Below, piece after piece: positions 44,270-60,090 of a stretch of DNA of 64,000 bases (position 1 is the stretch's first letter; every line of letters starts with the position of its first letter). Source of the DNA: Octopus vulgaris (taxonomy: Eukaryota); assembly GCA_951406725.2 (NCBI GenBank), contig OX597825.1, positions 8,804,001 to 8,868,000 on the forward strand, in the 5' to 3' direction. The position numbers and the translations under genes are program-made. Under the pieces are notes generated by a model. That model worked only from the letters and a program-made list of their open reading frames with translations, was not told where the DNA came from and made no database searches.

Positions 44270-44935
44270 TGACAATGTATATTGTGCCAATAATTGGAAA
44301 ACATTGGCGTAAGAAGTTTGTCAAGAACGATCTACCTTAGTTCATGGCAATCAGCAGCTGGTACCTTAATGACGCTGCCCAGAAGAAGCCTGATATGTTA
44401 GATGCAATGACACTAACAATTGTTACATGTTAATGCAGGCTGCGAACCAGAGAATGCCCGAGGGCAAACTCTTCCTTGATAAATATTGAGGGTATAGCAT
44501 AGAGTATGACATTGATGGTAATGGAACCAGAGATTTTGCGAAAGAATAGATTTGTAATATTGCGACCTGAGTCCAGAGAAACATAAATATATTTATCCTT
44601 GCTAATCATTTCTTTGTTTGGGAACAGGAAATTTAAATTCCTTGCAATGCAATTCGAACCCAATACCTAAAATGATATAATGAGCTTTTATCCTACAATA
44701 TGGCAACAGTAAGTTCAATCAGAATAAATGGGAACAGAAAAGGTGGACATAGAATGTAAGAAGGAATGAACAAAAGACAAATAAGAAATGGCGAGAGATG
44801 ATGAATGCTGGAGTCGAAGAAAAAATTCAGAAGAGTAACCGGAGAAAATATAGGAAACAAAAAGAAGTGGAAAGAAAATTAGGAGCGGTTGTTAATAATG
44901 CTGCTGAGGAAGTTGCTATTGCCGCTGGTGCTTGT

Positions 44936-45308
44936 TTGTTTGTTGAGCGAAGCGGTCTTCGTCCCGTCTGGAGTGGGAGAAGTCCGAAACGTGGTCCTTT
45001 CGCTATTCGTAAGACCCGCAGAAGAGAAAGCAGGTCAACCCCCGACACCGAGAGCATCGACGGATGGATGAATGCGCATCCAGGCTCAGCGGTTGCGTAG
45101 GAAGTCGGGGACAAGAAACAGGAAGAAAGACTGAGAGAATGTTAGGACGAAAGAGTATAACAGGGGTCGCCACCACCCCTTGCCGGAGCCTCGTCGAGAT
45201 TTAGGTGTTTTCGATCAATAAACGCACACAAGGCCCGGTCTGGGAATCGAAACCACGATCCTCCCACCGCGAGTCCGCTGCCCTAACCATTGGGCCATTG
45301 CGCCTCCA
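44936..45308 (-). mobile_element. tRNA-derived SINE, head A + tail 2
   Basis: Reverse complement of the 32293-32667 type. TSD GCTGGTGCTTGT at 44924-44935 and 45313-45324. Confidence 0.92.
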
Positions 45309-47519
45309 CGTTGCTGGTGCTTGTGCTTTTGGTGATGGTGGTAATGATTTTGATGAACATGATGCTGATTGAGGGGAAGGATGAGGAAGAAAAACAGAAG
45401 GAAGAGGAATAGATGACGATGATAACGACAATTATGATGATGTAAATACAAGAAAAAAATTGTTATTGCATTTTTATAGAGAACAACACAGTTTCTGTGA
45501 TAAAAAAAATAAAAAACATTTTGTTAACCATGTTTTAGAAAGATAAAAATGAAACTAATTCAAATTTCTAAAGAACAACGCGCGGAGACTTTTGGGATAC
45601 AATCCTATGTGTGTGTTCGTTGGTGGTTCTAGTAGTGGTAGTAATGGTATTGGTCAGCATTACAGTGGTGTCTATCTGCGGCGATGCTTGTGGGAGAAAT
45701 TTCGATGATGGTACGTTTGGTGGTGATCGTGTTAGTGTAAAGTTGTGGTGGGAGGGGTAGTAATGTTGTTACAGCAAAGAAATTGGTAGCCGTCGTCGTG
45801 GTGGTCGTGGAGGTGGTGGTGGTGGTGGAGGATGCAGAGACTATAAAGAAAGTAACATACTGGTTTCTTGTCTCTTTTATAGAAAGAATTGTAATATTGA
45901 TAATAAAACAGGATCGCACATCTTGGCGACTCAAATATTACATATATTTCTTTGTTTTTGCTTCCTTTCCGTTATATTCGGATATGCGCAATAAAATTAT
46001 CAAACAATACCGAACCAATGGCTTTCTATTCATCAATCTCGTGTAAGAAGAATTGTGTGGTATAGATAGAAAGATAGATAAATCAGTTTGAAGAAAAGAC
46101 AAATAAATAGGCGAACAAATAATGGATAGCTAGCTCGCTAGATACAGAGATTTTAAGCCAAATGATATTGATATCGGAATTGAAAGGATTTTAATTCAAT
46201 GATACGCGGCATTTGTTTACATACATAGGATGTGGAACAATAGACAATTATAGTATTATACCTATGTAAATTAATATGCTTTCACTTCCTCTTTTGCCAT
46301 TGATTAAGTATCTAATCCGATCTGCATAAAAGAGACATAGATTTAGATGTTATTGTTTAATCGATGTACTCACTTTCTTTTATTTTCTTTTGAATATTTT
46401 CATTGTCTTACGTCGAGCCAAGTCGATGTCTTGAACAAAATACCGAGTTATAAAGAAGGAACAACGTGTTATTGTATATTAACTATAGTGTTGGAGCCAG
46501 ATATCCTTTATCTGTTACATTTGATATGAAAATACATTAATAACTGAATTTTCTTCAAACTAAAATATTTCATATATTTTTATGTATTTATGACGAGGAT
46601 GAGGTGGAAGGAGAGAAATGAGTAAGACGAGAAGAATAGTTGAATGTGGATAATGTTGAATAATAATAATGATGATGATGTTGCTGATGATGATGATAAT
46701 GACAACATCAACAACAACAATATTAATAATTGAGAAAATAGTAACAACTATTAGTGCCATTTGTTAAAGTTTAAATCGAATTTTTAATTGTTTACTTGAT
46801 GCGCAATTGAAATTCCTAGCCCACTTCAGAAAAGATAAATGAAGAAATTCAAATCCGACTCCTTGACAGATGTACTACTAAAAAACAACAACTCCCTACT
46901 TAATTTCAATGCTCTCCTCACCAATTTCGTCCAAACAACGAAGAGATTTCAGGAAGCACAAACTGAAACTTTCTCCTTTTTATGTAATAAAGTCAGTTCC
47001 AACAAGATATTTGGATACTTTTATCTTGTCTACGTATCACCACAAACTTTGCTTTCTTTAAACTTTTTACTTTAAATAAAGCTGAACTCCTTTCTCCGTT
47101 ACAATTGTAAATACAAAATAATTTATCAAAATGCTAATTCGATCAACATTCCAGTAGGCTGATAAAATACACTTGGAAATGTTGTTTACGAAATAAAAGA
47201 GCATCGGGAATCTCATATTCTTATCTATTGTGTTCACATGAAGTTTTTCGATTGGTCTAAGTTAAACATTTTCTGTGAGCGTTGACAAATTTATTTATAT
47301 TCGCATGCAAATACCAGTGAACAGGTTTCGTAACGCACACCGAGTATTGTTTCCCAACACGCTTCATTTACTATGCTAATGATGCTGCAAAAAAATCAAC
47401 AGATTAACGATTCACATTACTTATAATCCCTTAATTTTCAAGTGACACGCATTTCAAAGTGAAAGATAAGCTGTCGTTCACTTGAACACATAGTAGCAAT
47501 ATAATTTCAAAGAAACCAA

Positions 47520-47538
47520 GCAAATTTTGGCCATCCAA

Positions 47539-47569
<31 letters not shown>

Positions 47570-47579
47570 GTATTAGTAT

Positions 47580-47630
<51 letters not shown>
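47520..47630. repeat. (ATT)n(AGT)n microsatellite
   Basis: Read directly. Confidence 0.95.
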
Positions 47631-47944
47631 CGATTCACGTTAATATTTCGCGCAATTAGTAGTAACTTCTGAAAACGTTATCCAAAATGCCTAAAACCCT
47701 GTCTCAAAAGAGAGTCGTCCATCGACTATTCATTGAAAAGTAGGAAATTGGTATACGTGGATTACTGAATGCACCCTCTTACATCTATTGAGGTCATCTT
47801 TCAGTCTGACTTCTCAATACGCTCAGTATTGTATTTCGAATACTTGCGACTTATACGTAAAGTTATATTATTATTAATAATAGTATTTCATTAGTATTTT
47901 TGTGTTTATACCATTTGGGTTATTACATTTGACGCTCCTTAAGT

Positions 47945-48531
47945 ACGTTGTGTTTTCTTTGTACCCAGAGTGATAAAAATCAAACATCCGTTCAACATCA
48001 TGGTGATGGCGAGGTTATGCTTCCATTCATCTTCCCACAAAGCCTCAGACTCAATATGAAGACCGAAATCAAGTACCTGGAGGAGGTAGTGGTGCTCTGA
48101 GTAGAGCGGGTGTCTGCTGGAAGATGCTGTTGGGTACCAGGGCTCAGCAATTTGCCACACAAGCAGGAAAACACAGTCCTGGCTGTCGGACAGCTTCTGC
48201 GACCACATCACCGCTAACATCTGGACACCTAATTCCCCAGACTGCAGCCCCCTTCATTATTATGTGTGGGGCGCAGTTGAGCGAGAGACCAACAAAACTC
48301 CTTGTAACACCAATGATGAAGTGAAGCTAAGGATTATGGTGGCAACAAAAATAAGGAGACCGCCCAGAAGGGTTACAGATTCGAAGTCGCTGGAGGCTGT
48401 GATTGAAGCCAATGGCGAATTCATTGATTAAATGTATTCTTTAGTATTTCCAGATATATCTTTCAAAATCAGACTTCAATGTGATTTTCACTTTAGAGTA
48501 ATTTACATGACAATTTATTCACCACACCATG

Positions 48532-48533
<2 letters not shown>
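47945..48533 (+). mobile_element. Decayed Tc1/mariner-superfamily (maT/DD37D-like) transposase 3' half
   Basis: KHPFNIMV, MLPFIFPQSLRLN, CHTSRKTQSWL, IWTPNSPDC, YYVWGAVERETN. TIR-like end ...CACCACACCATGTA. Confidence 0.8.
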
Positions 48534-48563
<30 letters not shown>

Positions 48564-48617
48564 TGTATGTATGTATGTATGTATGTATGTATGTATGTAT
48601 GTATGTATGTATGTATG

Positions 48618-48676
<59 letters not shown>

Positions 48677-48810
48677 GTATATGTATATATATACATATGT
48701 GTGTGTATATATGTATATACATATAAGTATATATACTTAGAAATATATTTATATATACATACGTATTCATATATATGTAAATGAGGCATATATGCATATG
48801 TATGCATGTG

Positions 48811-48856
<46 letters not shown>

Positions 48857-48932
48857 TAAGTATGTAGGTAGGTAGGTAGGTAGGTAGAGAAACAGAGTCA
48901 GACGGAAAGACAAATAGCTTGCTAGCTAGCTT

Positions 48933-49001
<69 letters not shown>

Positions 49002-49013
49002 GCAGATAGATAG
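48530..49013. repeat. (TATG)n, (TA)n, (GA)n, (TAGG)n and (GATA)n cluster
   Basis: Read directly. Confidence 0.95.
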
Positions 49014-50394
49014 ATGTTTTGACCTAAAAACCGCAGTGATGTGAACCTCGCGTCAAGAGACAATCTCTCTCTTTCAGTTTCGAAAATGCTCTCTTTCACT
49101 TTCTTTCCTGCTTTCTCCCACCCCTCTCTCTCTCTCACTCTTTATAAACGTGTTGAAAATTAATTAATAATTGAAAAGCATAAATCACCTATATACGTGG
49201 AAATTTGTATATTATTTGCAGCGAAGAGAAAAAAATCCCTTTTATAGAGATCTTGTTTTAAAATTAGAACAAGGAAGAATGAATAAATGGAAAAAGCAAT
49301 TAGCAAATAGTAAAAGGTGCCTTACTATAAAGAAGGAAGTGTTTCATACAGGGAATTAATTGGAAGACAGAGAATGATAGTGAAAATAGGGCGTGAAGAA
49401 AATGGTGAAAAGAAAAATAATACAAGTAGAGAAGTCAGTTAAATAAAAACATACTAAATGTTGCAGGAGATGGGAATGATACAAAATATGCAATGGGAAT
49501 TAAAGAATCGGAAACGTAAAGGTATTACTAGAGTAGGGTAGGACTGAAACTTATAACAGTACAGGACATAGAGCCATAGAAAAACCAGCCGATCAAAAGA
49601 AATGGAACGAAACTGAATTTCGTAATATATAAGAAGATGGAAAAAACAACATGTGGATGAGTATTTTTTCAATTTAGAAATCCCATTTATTCAAGGAACG
49701 AGAAATGTGTTTTTTTTTTTAAATATAGAGCTATGATAAAATTAAAAAATATTTTGTAATAGACTTGTATGCAAACTATATATTAGATAAGAAATAATTT
49801 TCTTATAAAAACGTGGAAACAGAAAGCCAAAATACTAATAAAATTATGTAAAGATTATATGCCGCAGTCGATCGAGTATAAATCAAGTTCAGGGTAAAAG
49901 AAATCAAATATTCCGATTCAAAATTATGGTAAAAATCACTAAAACATGTGATTTTGAAAGAGCGTATTATGCATATTTATAGGACCATGTATTCTGTCGG
50001 TAAATTTATAAATATTAAAGCTCAAGGAAAAAAACTTCTCATCTAGCAAAATAAATAACGCTATGGCCATAAGAACTCTCAACGTACTCCAATATAGACG
50101 TCACAACGATTTTTTATTTCTCTTCTAAGTAATGATTACAAATATTTTGCGTGATATAAGGACTCGAAAACTACTTAATATTACTATAATTTTCCTTATC
50201 AATGGGTACGAAAGCGATAACAGTTTTAGTGCTTAGAATGCATTCTGGTCTTAAATCACCATTTGTCAGCCGGAATGTAAAATTGAATCGAAATCTCCAG
50301 CAAATAGCGAAAATATTTAGAACAATCTTGTTTAGATTTATATGTATGAAATTTAAAGGAAACAGGAAATAAATATTGATTTATTTAAAAAGCT

Positions 50395-50560
50395 GGCACG
50401 TCTCCCCGCAGTGTATGGATGGGCTTATACTTAAACTTCATGTTTCAAAGTTTACTATCCCTGTACGGGAGTATCTGAACCAGTCATTTCGAGTCTTTGT
50501 AATATCCTCCCATTGATTACTATTTATGCGGGGACATTTTAAAGTATGCCTATACCAACC
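50395..50560 (-). mobile_element. Possible RTE-like LINE C-terminal relic
   Basis: Minus frame LKCPRINSNQWEDITKTRNDW...GIVNFE resembles the RTE end motif LK..I....WE..A.DR..W...G...FE. Confidence 0.35.
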
Positions 50561-51135
50561 ACACGTCATGAATTATTTCGTTGTCCTTCGAAGTGTTCCT
50601 TTGGAATTCTATCGTTATTCATTCGCAAAATATAACCATAACCCCTCCGTTGAATGTTTCTCTTTCATGCATGTTAGACATAAACAAAATATCACCGTTT
50701 CGCATTTTATGATCCTATTTTGCTTCGCACATATTACTTTCCTGCCAGGTCAAATGCTGACTTAACTAACCATTTCTGTGCACATGTTACTCAATGTATC
50801 GTGCGTCCGACACGTGCAACATGCAATGGAATATATATAAAACACCACCAGGAATGAATATACTTACACATAAACATCAAATTGAATAACATAATATGAA
50901 CCTATTAAAATTGTAAATAATGAAAATAAATTAACTATATCGTTTGATTTTCATCGGTGGATGACGTCATGTTTGGGGGTATACTGCATTCTTGCGTTTG
51001 TATCTCTGTGTGTCCCTTTTCACTTGAACGGGCTATTTGTCTAAATGTTGCCTTATCGTTACTTCAAATTTGTTCGAGTTACGTCTGTTTTCATTATCGA
51101 ACATTGATATGTTATCTTCGACAAGAGACTCAATA

Positions 51136-51420
<285 letters not shown>

Positions 51421-53589
51421 TGTGTGCCCGTGTGACTTTGTGTATTTCTCTTACATATGTTTGTTTTTACAGCAAATGAATGTATACATTTCCTCATTCC
51501 AGCATTTCTTTTGACCACAAACTAATAGCAATATGGAACTCTGAAAATAGATTGAATTAGAAAATGTAGCAGTGGTAAAATTTGAAACATGTTCTCACTT
51601 CAATGCTCCTAATTTTCGTAATAAAGAACATGAGAATACTTCCCTAAGTCGATTTCGTTGTTGTATGTTTCTTTGAAGATAATTACCGGGTGTTCTTCAC
51701 TCGCAGGCAAGCTTGCGGATACACATACACCGATTGGTACACAGTCAAACTACTTAGGTATTGGAAAATGTACATGCTAATATGAAAGCTATGAAAGGTA
51801 TGCTATCTTCATAAATCTGTTCAATACCATTTGCTCTGATAGTAAAGAGCAACAAATATATACATTTCAATCTAAAAAATAAACCTCTACGCTGAAGAAT
51901 TTCAGGTGTCCTACTTTTGTACCAATTAGCATGATATTCTTCTCTATTAGCTCTCTTAATACAATGTAAAATTATTCGTTACATAATCCCTCTATATAAA
52001 ACACGGGCTACTTATTACCGCCAATATAAACAATAGCAAATAAAAGAATAATGTCCCCTATAGTTATGCGAACTTCATTGATTATATTTTAACAAATTCT
52101 AATGAAGTTATTATCTTGGCGATAGAAATCAGAAAAGGAATCCGTTACCAGAATGATACATAATAAGGTCGTGGTGTGTTCTTTTGAGAAAGCAGCATGG
52201 CCACTGCATTTGGACGTGTCTTTCAGAACTAAGATCCAAATGCATTTAATTGCAAATATACGAATATATTCTGCTTTATACGAGTAATTTTATACTATAA
52301 TTATATAAGCTCAGGTTCTCCTGTGAGAAATCTACTCACAATAGAAGAACTGTTGCTATCACAAGTGGAAATCGTATTATCGACAACACCCAATAAAACG
52401 CCACACAATATACTTATCAGAATGCCTTCTATTATATTCTAACTAGCAAGAGAACGATTTAGTTATGCGGCTTAAGTTTTCTCTGTAAGCAGGAAGCCAT
52501 AAATAAATTTGGTAGATTTTATAACAGTTTACAATTGACTGTGTGGCACTAACAGAAGAATGTCGATTGTTAAATTCAGATTTATGTATGAAAAATTACA
52601 AACTGCATTTGGCCTATCGGGGAACGTTTAACCGATGGCTGCTTATTTGGACCGTTACATTCAAGCCACCTAAATAGAAATTCGATATAGTATAAAATGC
52701 TGTGCGATAACATTATTTTCATAATATTATCGTTCACGTTTTCGGAGTTTGTTTATACTATTCTTAAATCTACTATAATACATGATTCCCTTCACCACTA
52801 AAATTATTGACGAAAGCTTTTTTTTTTATTTTTTACAGACTGAACTCGTTATAAACAAAATGATAATATGTTAATATGAGTTCTCACTAACCATTACAGC
52901 ATATTTCACTATCTCAGATGATATCAGAACATTAAACGTTACTTGATTCACGGTATTCTACGCAATGATGTCTTAAATATTTTAAGATACACTGTAAAAT
53001 ATATCTCTCTGTAAGCAACTGACTTTAGCCTCATTCAGAAGAGTGAAGAAATTGGTTTCACCTCAGCTTTTATCTCCCGGTGAGAATAAAAATTGCGATC
53101 GACGTGAATAATTTGTATTTTGCTTGAAGCTTCATCACAGAAAGAATACCAAATATCTGTCCACAGAGCACTCAGCAGGCGGTAGCTAATTGTATTGTAC
53201 GAAGGTTACATTTCTGCTAATCTAGTTAGTGAAATATGCATAGTTGTGAATACGCTAACACAGCGGATTAAATAATCCATAGGGTAGGACAAAGCGTTGT
53301 TGAATATTTTAAAATGATTTCTATATATTATAAAGGGACGAATAACGGTTCATACCTGCCTGCAAGGAGAAAAATGATGTGGTCACACCACAGGATTTGT
53401 AAGACACATTCATCTAGAATATTCTTTCATGTGTCTGTTCCAAGAAAATTACACGAAAATAAGAACAACCTCATAAATAAGAAAGACAAAATAAACAAAT
53501 ACCGGACTATAACGGACTATAAAAATAACGGGCTATAATCGTCTGTAGAATATGACATAGGTGCTAATATGCAGACATAAACATCTCTA

Positions 53590-53615
53590 TGTTTATCCAT
53601 CTCTCTATCTATATC

Positions 53616-53696
<81 letters not shown>
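53590..53696. repeat. (TCTA)n with no adjacent Tx1 sequence
   Basis: Read directly. Confidence 0.95.
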
Positions 53697-54313
53697 GGCA
53701 GTGTGGCGAGTATAGGTGTGTGTTTTACATATAACTGTACACATTCTACAAGAAACGGAAGCATCTTGAATGTTTTCTTCGTATGTGACATTACCAATTA
53801 TTCAAACTATTGGAGAAAGGCATCAATGTTGACTTATATGAGCAAAATTATGTGAAACATTTCGAAGAATAACTAGAGGTAGAGCACCTCAGACATTCAA
53901 CGATCCATATGCAAATACACGTGACATATTTGTGTGTTCAATATCGTGTAAGTAGAATATATAAATGCAAAAAAAGGATTCTTATTATTTATGAAGATTC
54001 GATGTGGAATAACTGAATCAATTTCTTTCTATGTTCACAAAAGGCGCTCTTCAATCATGGAGTTATTCAGCTTACCTTCGGAGAGAAATAGCTAATCACG
54101 TCATAAGACCATAATGAATATGTACATGTTTGCATTTACTCATTGCTCTTGGAATTGGTAAGAGCTGGGGAAGCAGGTAAGCAAATATAACACCTGCAGA
54201 CAGAACTGTTCTTCATGCAAAATACATTGACTTAAATAACTTTCTAGAATCACAGTTTCTCTTAAATAAAGATTCATCGTTGTTCGTAATTGATCTTTAA
54301 CTTATATATATGC

Positions 54314-54363
<50 letters not shown>

Positions 54364-54439
54364 TCTGGTTTGTAAGTTTCAAATGAATCTATATCTTCCC
54401 TGTTAGTACACACTCGCACGCACATACACACACACACAC

Positions 54440-54552
<113 letters not shown>

Positions 54553-55029
54553 AATTCGATTAAAGGTTATGCTAACCTCATGAAGGGATGGTGTCATCCA
54601 AGGAAACACTAGTTTAATACCTATTATTTGGGAGGGGAATTGATTTCCTTAAAATATTTTATATATATTTAAAAACCTGTAGTTTATATTCATATAAAAC
54701 AAGAGGAAGAAAATGGAGAAGTCAAAATATATTTGTTTTCATACAACAGAATTTTTCCTCTCATAGTTTTACTGTAAAAGCATTGTTGTATGTATTTACC
54801 GGGATAGTATTACACACAACAGAAAAAAGAAAGAGAGGGAAAGAGAAAAATCGCTTATACTTAAATTTTCTGGTACAAAACCTTTTTACAGAATAAATTT
54901 TAGTCAATTTTCAAGTCCAGAGGAGAAAATTCATAGCTTACCAAAAAATTGTATTTTACTAACCGAGGTCGATATATAATGCCATTCATCTTACCAAATA
55001 TGAATCGATGCATTTTATTACGATAGGGT

Positions 55030-56600
55030 GGTGAGTTCATACTATTTTACAGCAAAATTTGAAATATGCATGCAGAATTCACAGAAAGGTGTATTTCTTC
55101 CTCCTTTTGGTTTGAATTCGCTATTCTTTTTAACTAGAGTTTTATTTTCACTACCCACCCTATTCAAAAACTATTCTACAAATCAAAATGTCCTGCACAA
55201 TGCTACAATGCTATATTTGATTTCAGGTATATTTAATATTTTGGGGTTGATGTGAACAATAATCACCTTCTAAGTACATTTGTAAAGGGTTTAATATTTT
55301 TTGTGGAAGATTGATTGTTTTCTTTTACAATGACGTGATCTATCTGGTGATCTGTATTTCTGGCTAATGCTTAAAATGACTTTTTAGAATGGGAATCAGC
55401 TACATTTTTCATATCATGCTTTTTTGCGTAAGTACTGTCTTTTTGTGCACTACGTATTCTGCGTTGCCTTTTATAGCTCAACTTTATATAAATTTGGTTC
55501 TATCTGGCGTAATTTTAGGGTTTATTATTCCTGAAGTTTCCTACATGATTTTTTAATACTTTTTGTATATGTGTAAGATCTTGGTTATGGTTTAATATGA
55601 TATGATTGCGTTTCTATCCAGAATTAATAGAGTAACTTCGATCGCCGGCTCTCTTTACGCCATTAGAAGTTAGAGCTCAGGGACTGTGTTACGACAGTTA
55701 CCATTCTCCTGTAATTTAGAGAACTCTGTAGCTTGATCAATGCTTGAATTTCGTTTCGTTATTGGGACAGTGATGGTGTAGTGACTAACTACATTGTTTA
55801 GAGTTTTAGAGTTTTGCATTCTTAAAGAATGAGTTGTCTGATGTGTATTACATTTTGAATTTATTTTTATAGTTAAAAACCAGTGTTTGTTTTTCTTCTA
55901 TCTCAATAAATAAATCAGTGACTTCTTCTCACGTTCTTGTTTTCGGAGTTAATAAATACGACATTGTAGCTCTCTGTTAGTTTTTATATCAAATTTAGAT
56001 ATTCATTTCTTGGCCAATATACATGCATTTTTGTTCGTTAGTGTATACTCTGGTTCATATTACATTACGTCCAAACAAACTTTACATCGCAGAATTGTCT
56101 GTCGTTCTGATGCTTTGAATATTGGATTTTTCATCAGTAATATCATCAGCGTAGAATTTATGAACTTATGCAACGTTCAGAATATTCCAGAATGCAACTT
56201 GTCTTCTCAGTGTTGTTAGTTGAAACATAACTTATTCGGCTTTTTAAAGGTAAGTGTAATAGGAAACACTTTCGAATATTTCCGTATGAGATGGATTATT
56301 GTCCCTTGGTCATGTTTTATGACTGTTTCAACCCTTTTAGATACATTTTGCATGCTGTTGTTGATCTAAGTTTTTTTCTCAATCTATTTTCTCCCTTTAT
56401 TCTGTGATTTATGGTAAATACAAGAAATTTACAGTTTTTGTTTATGTTTGAAAGTTTGGTATTGATTTCTTTCAGTTCCTTGATTATTTTCCCGTTTAAG
56501 TTTTTGTCTGTTTTGCCTGAATTAGATGGCATTGCGCAAGAGTTTGATGGTGGTTCCTAGTGAAATGGTTCAAAATATCCCAACAACTCACGTTACATAG
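55030..56600 (-). mobile_element. Decayed Penelope-like element, N-terminal ORF region
   Basis: Minus ORF start MPSNSGK.... Downstream broken frames give IVHINPKILNIPEI and LVKKNSEFKPKGGRNTPFCEFC, resembling the PLE pre-RT blocks V.NLS...L...E and S.F.P..GRN. Confidence 0.45.
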
Positions 56601-57431
56601 GAAAAATAAAAAGAATGGGTTGAAAATGCGCGAAATTTTTATTCATGTAGTTTTTAATAAAACAAGTATTATTTTCTAAAATACGAGTTACTTTTGCCAT
56701 ACATTTATATATATATATATATATATATACAACTTATAAATAAGGGGAAACGAAAAAATGTCTAATGCCAAATATGCCGAAATTAGACACCCTGTCCATA
56801 ACCATATAAGTTGTTTATAAATTTAACATTTAAAGGTATTTTTTAATATGCTGGCCATGGATAAATTTGTTTTTCGAAATAATTTTATCCAACATTAAAT
56901 ATATATATATATATATATGGGAACAAAAATACAAATCATTTTCACACGACCAATATATTTCATATAGCATTTCAACATAACTGTATTAGTATATGTTTTC
57001 ACTAGAAGATATTTACACGAGGAACACAAGCAAAGGAAAGAAGGGAAGAATGTCATATATTCTTGAAATACTCTCGAATGCAAAAACACTTGCTAAATAA
57101 TTTTAGTGCATGCCGTACCCCACAGGCGTTTCGCAATAGAAAAAAAATCATTTTGTACAGAGAAGAGTCATATTGTAAAAATGGGCACTCTTTTCACTGT
57201 CGTTTATCTTAAAGTTCAAAATATGTTTATTGATGCGTTTTAATGCTATGTATTTATGAGGTCATGTTATTTCCATGGAGACGGAAGAGATTTCTCAAAG
57301 AAAGACAGACTGATATTAAAGAAATATCTGCGAGAAATTTAAAATAACAACTTTATATACATACATTCGCACGTCTGTGTGTGCATGTATATGTGTGCAT
57401 GTGCCTGTGTGTGAGTGTGTGAAGCATATTG

Positions 57432-58415
57432 TTTTATTTTAGTTTTCATTTTTATCTAGTTTCAGCTCACAAGTTGTGGCCATGCTGGGGCACCGCCATT
57501 TGGTGTTGCTACATGATTTTATTTCACGAATGTTTTTTAGCAACTGTCATTTGGTGCATGAGAGAGTTCGATGCAGCTGCCCTCATCTGCACCTCCTGTC
57601 GTGAAGTTGGTTCAACTGAGACACCTGACAAGAAGAGATCCAGTTTTATTTTAAAGACATCTGCATCCACCCCATGCAGGTCTCTTAGGTTCTTCGGGAG
57701 GATATTGAAGAGCTATGGGCCACGGAAGCCCAGGCTATCACAGTATCTCGTCCTACATCTTGATGGCAAATTTGGAGTCCTTAGCACTATGCAGTGGCGC
57801 CCAGTTCTAGCATTTGTGTTACTCTCGATGCCAAAGTTTGGGAAAAGTCCTTCTAGGATCTTCCTGATGTATATTATGGCATATCCTTCTTGCCTACGCT
57901 CTAAGGAATAGAGTCTTAATCTCTTGAGTCTTTCCCAGTAGCTTATATGCTGCTCAGAGGCTATCTTCTTCGTGTAGCTTCGTTGGATCGCCTCAAGTTC
58001 AGTGATTAACTTGACACTGGATGGTGACCATAGCTGAGAGCAATAGTCAAAGTGGCTAGGACAAGTGTCCTCCAGAGGACCATCATGGTTTCCTGGTCTC
58101 TTGTTCTAAAGGTTCTAAGAATCCATCCGGTCAGCCGCCTACACTTCATTGCCAATTTAGCAACATGCACATGAAAGGTTGCATCATCACTCATGTAAAT
58201 ATCCAGGTCTCGCACTCATTGTGCCTCTGGGATTGCAATCTTTCCAGGTCCAGTGTATTCATTGGGTATTGCATTTAGTTTTGCATGCTGATAGCATAAA
58301 GCTTGAAACTTTTCAGCATTGAACTGCATGCTATTCTTTTCAGCCCACTTGTATATTTTGTCCAGCTCACATTGCAGGTGCTTAGTGTCATCAGGGTTCT
58401 GTATTGCCTGTGAAA

Positions 58416-58417
<2 letters not shown>
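57432..58417 (-). mobile_element. CR1/L2-group LINE 3' fragment, 5'-truncated at (TA)n
   Basis: [78 protein letters not shown] motifs. 3' tail GGCGGTGCCCCAGCATGGCCACAAC..GCTGAAAC. Confidence 0.92.
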
Positions 58418-58502
<85 letters not shown>

Positions 58503-58618
58503 CATATATATATATATATATTTCTCACTCACTCTTTTCTTGGCTCTTTCTCGTTTGTATATTCTTCGTAATCTGTGAAAGTCCAGCGTCTGTGCTATAC
58601 TAAGAAGACAAAGTTTTA

Positions 58619-59170
58619 AAGATGGCGAGCTGGCAGAAACGGTAGCGCGCCGGGCGAAATGCTTAGCGGTAATTCGTCTGCCGCTACGTTCTGAGTTCAA
58701 ATTCCGCCGAGGTCAACTTTGCCTTTCATCCTTTCGGGGTCGATTAAATAAGTACCAGTTACGCACTGGAATTGATATAATCGACTTAATCCGTTTGTCT
58801 GTCCTTGTTTGTCCTCTCTGCGTTTAGCCCCTTATGTATTTCGGCATTTAGGTATTTCGTCTGCTGCTACGTTCTGAGTTCAAATTCCGCCGAGGTCGAT
58901 TAAATAAGTACCAGTTATGAACTGGGGTCGATATAATCGACTTAATCGATTATATGTGGGCAGTAAAGAAATAAGAAACTTTAGCACGCCAGGTAAAATG
59001 CTTAGCAGTATTTCAACTGTCTTCGCGTTCTGAGTTCAAATTCCGCCGAGGTCGACTTTGTCTTTCATCTTTTTGAGGATCAAATTAAGTACCACTTGCG
59101 TGCTGGGATCGATCTAATCGAATTGTCCCCTCCTCCGAAATTTTGAACCTCTCGCCTAGACTAGAAAGAA
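58619..59170 (+). mobile_element. SINE family D concatemer (three units)
   Basis: Full unit, partial unit re-starting at GGTATTTCGTCTG (about 58851), and third unit re-starting at AGAAACTTTAGCACGCC (about 58974). Confidence 0.9.
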
Positions 59171-59859
59171 AATACCTCTATGTCAAAAGTAAAGGAGATT
59201 TTATGGAAATGAAGCAGAGTTTGTTCGGGAATTATGAAAATCCGAACAACTATTCATTCCTACCGTCATCATCACAGGAAGCAACTCTCTTGAAAAAACA
59301 TCAATTAAAGTGCAACAAGAATAATTACCACAATGCCTGCAAGAACAAAGTGAAACACCTGAGAAGATATTAAATCGCAATAACACAAATGCAAAAGCAC
59401 AAACATATTATCTCATTAAATGTGGCCACCTGTTACGCGTGAAACAATTGCTATTAACTTATAATACACGTCTTGTAATTCAGAAATTCGATGTGGACCA
59501 ATTAAAATTCAAGTCGTCTTTAAGTAAAATATTTCAATAAACGACACAAAAGGCGGTATGGTACTTGATATTGCCATAACTGATTATATAAAAGAATTAA
59601 ACGAAAACCAGGATTGCTAATTTATGAGAATGTGTATAATGTGAAGTTATGCTTGTCTTGTTGTCGTTATATGCGTCTGTAACTTTCGCTCTTTCTTAAA
59701 ACCTGTGTTTGTAAGTTTCGTAATGATGCCTACGGAGTTAGTGCGACTGCTTCTGTTATTGTTCCTACACTCTCACTAATGATATTTATGAATGGGGATG
59801 GCGATAGCGATAGGAGAGGTTGTGACGTCTTCGATGCATGCGGTAGTGCTGTTGGTGGT

Positions 59860-59885
59860 TATGTTGATGATGATGATGTTGATGA

Positions 59886-59919
<34 letters not shown>

Positions 59920-60090
59920 GGTGATGATGATGATGATAATGATGATACTGGTGATGATGATGATGATCATCATCATCATCGTCATGATCATGATGGTGGT
60001 GGTGGTGATGATGATAATAATGATAATGGTGATGAAGATGGTGATGATGATGATGATGATGATGATGGCAACGATGATGATGTCATTGAT
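59860..60090. repeat. (GAT/GGT)n microsatellite
   Basis: Read directly. Confidence 0.95.
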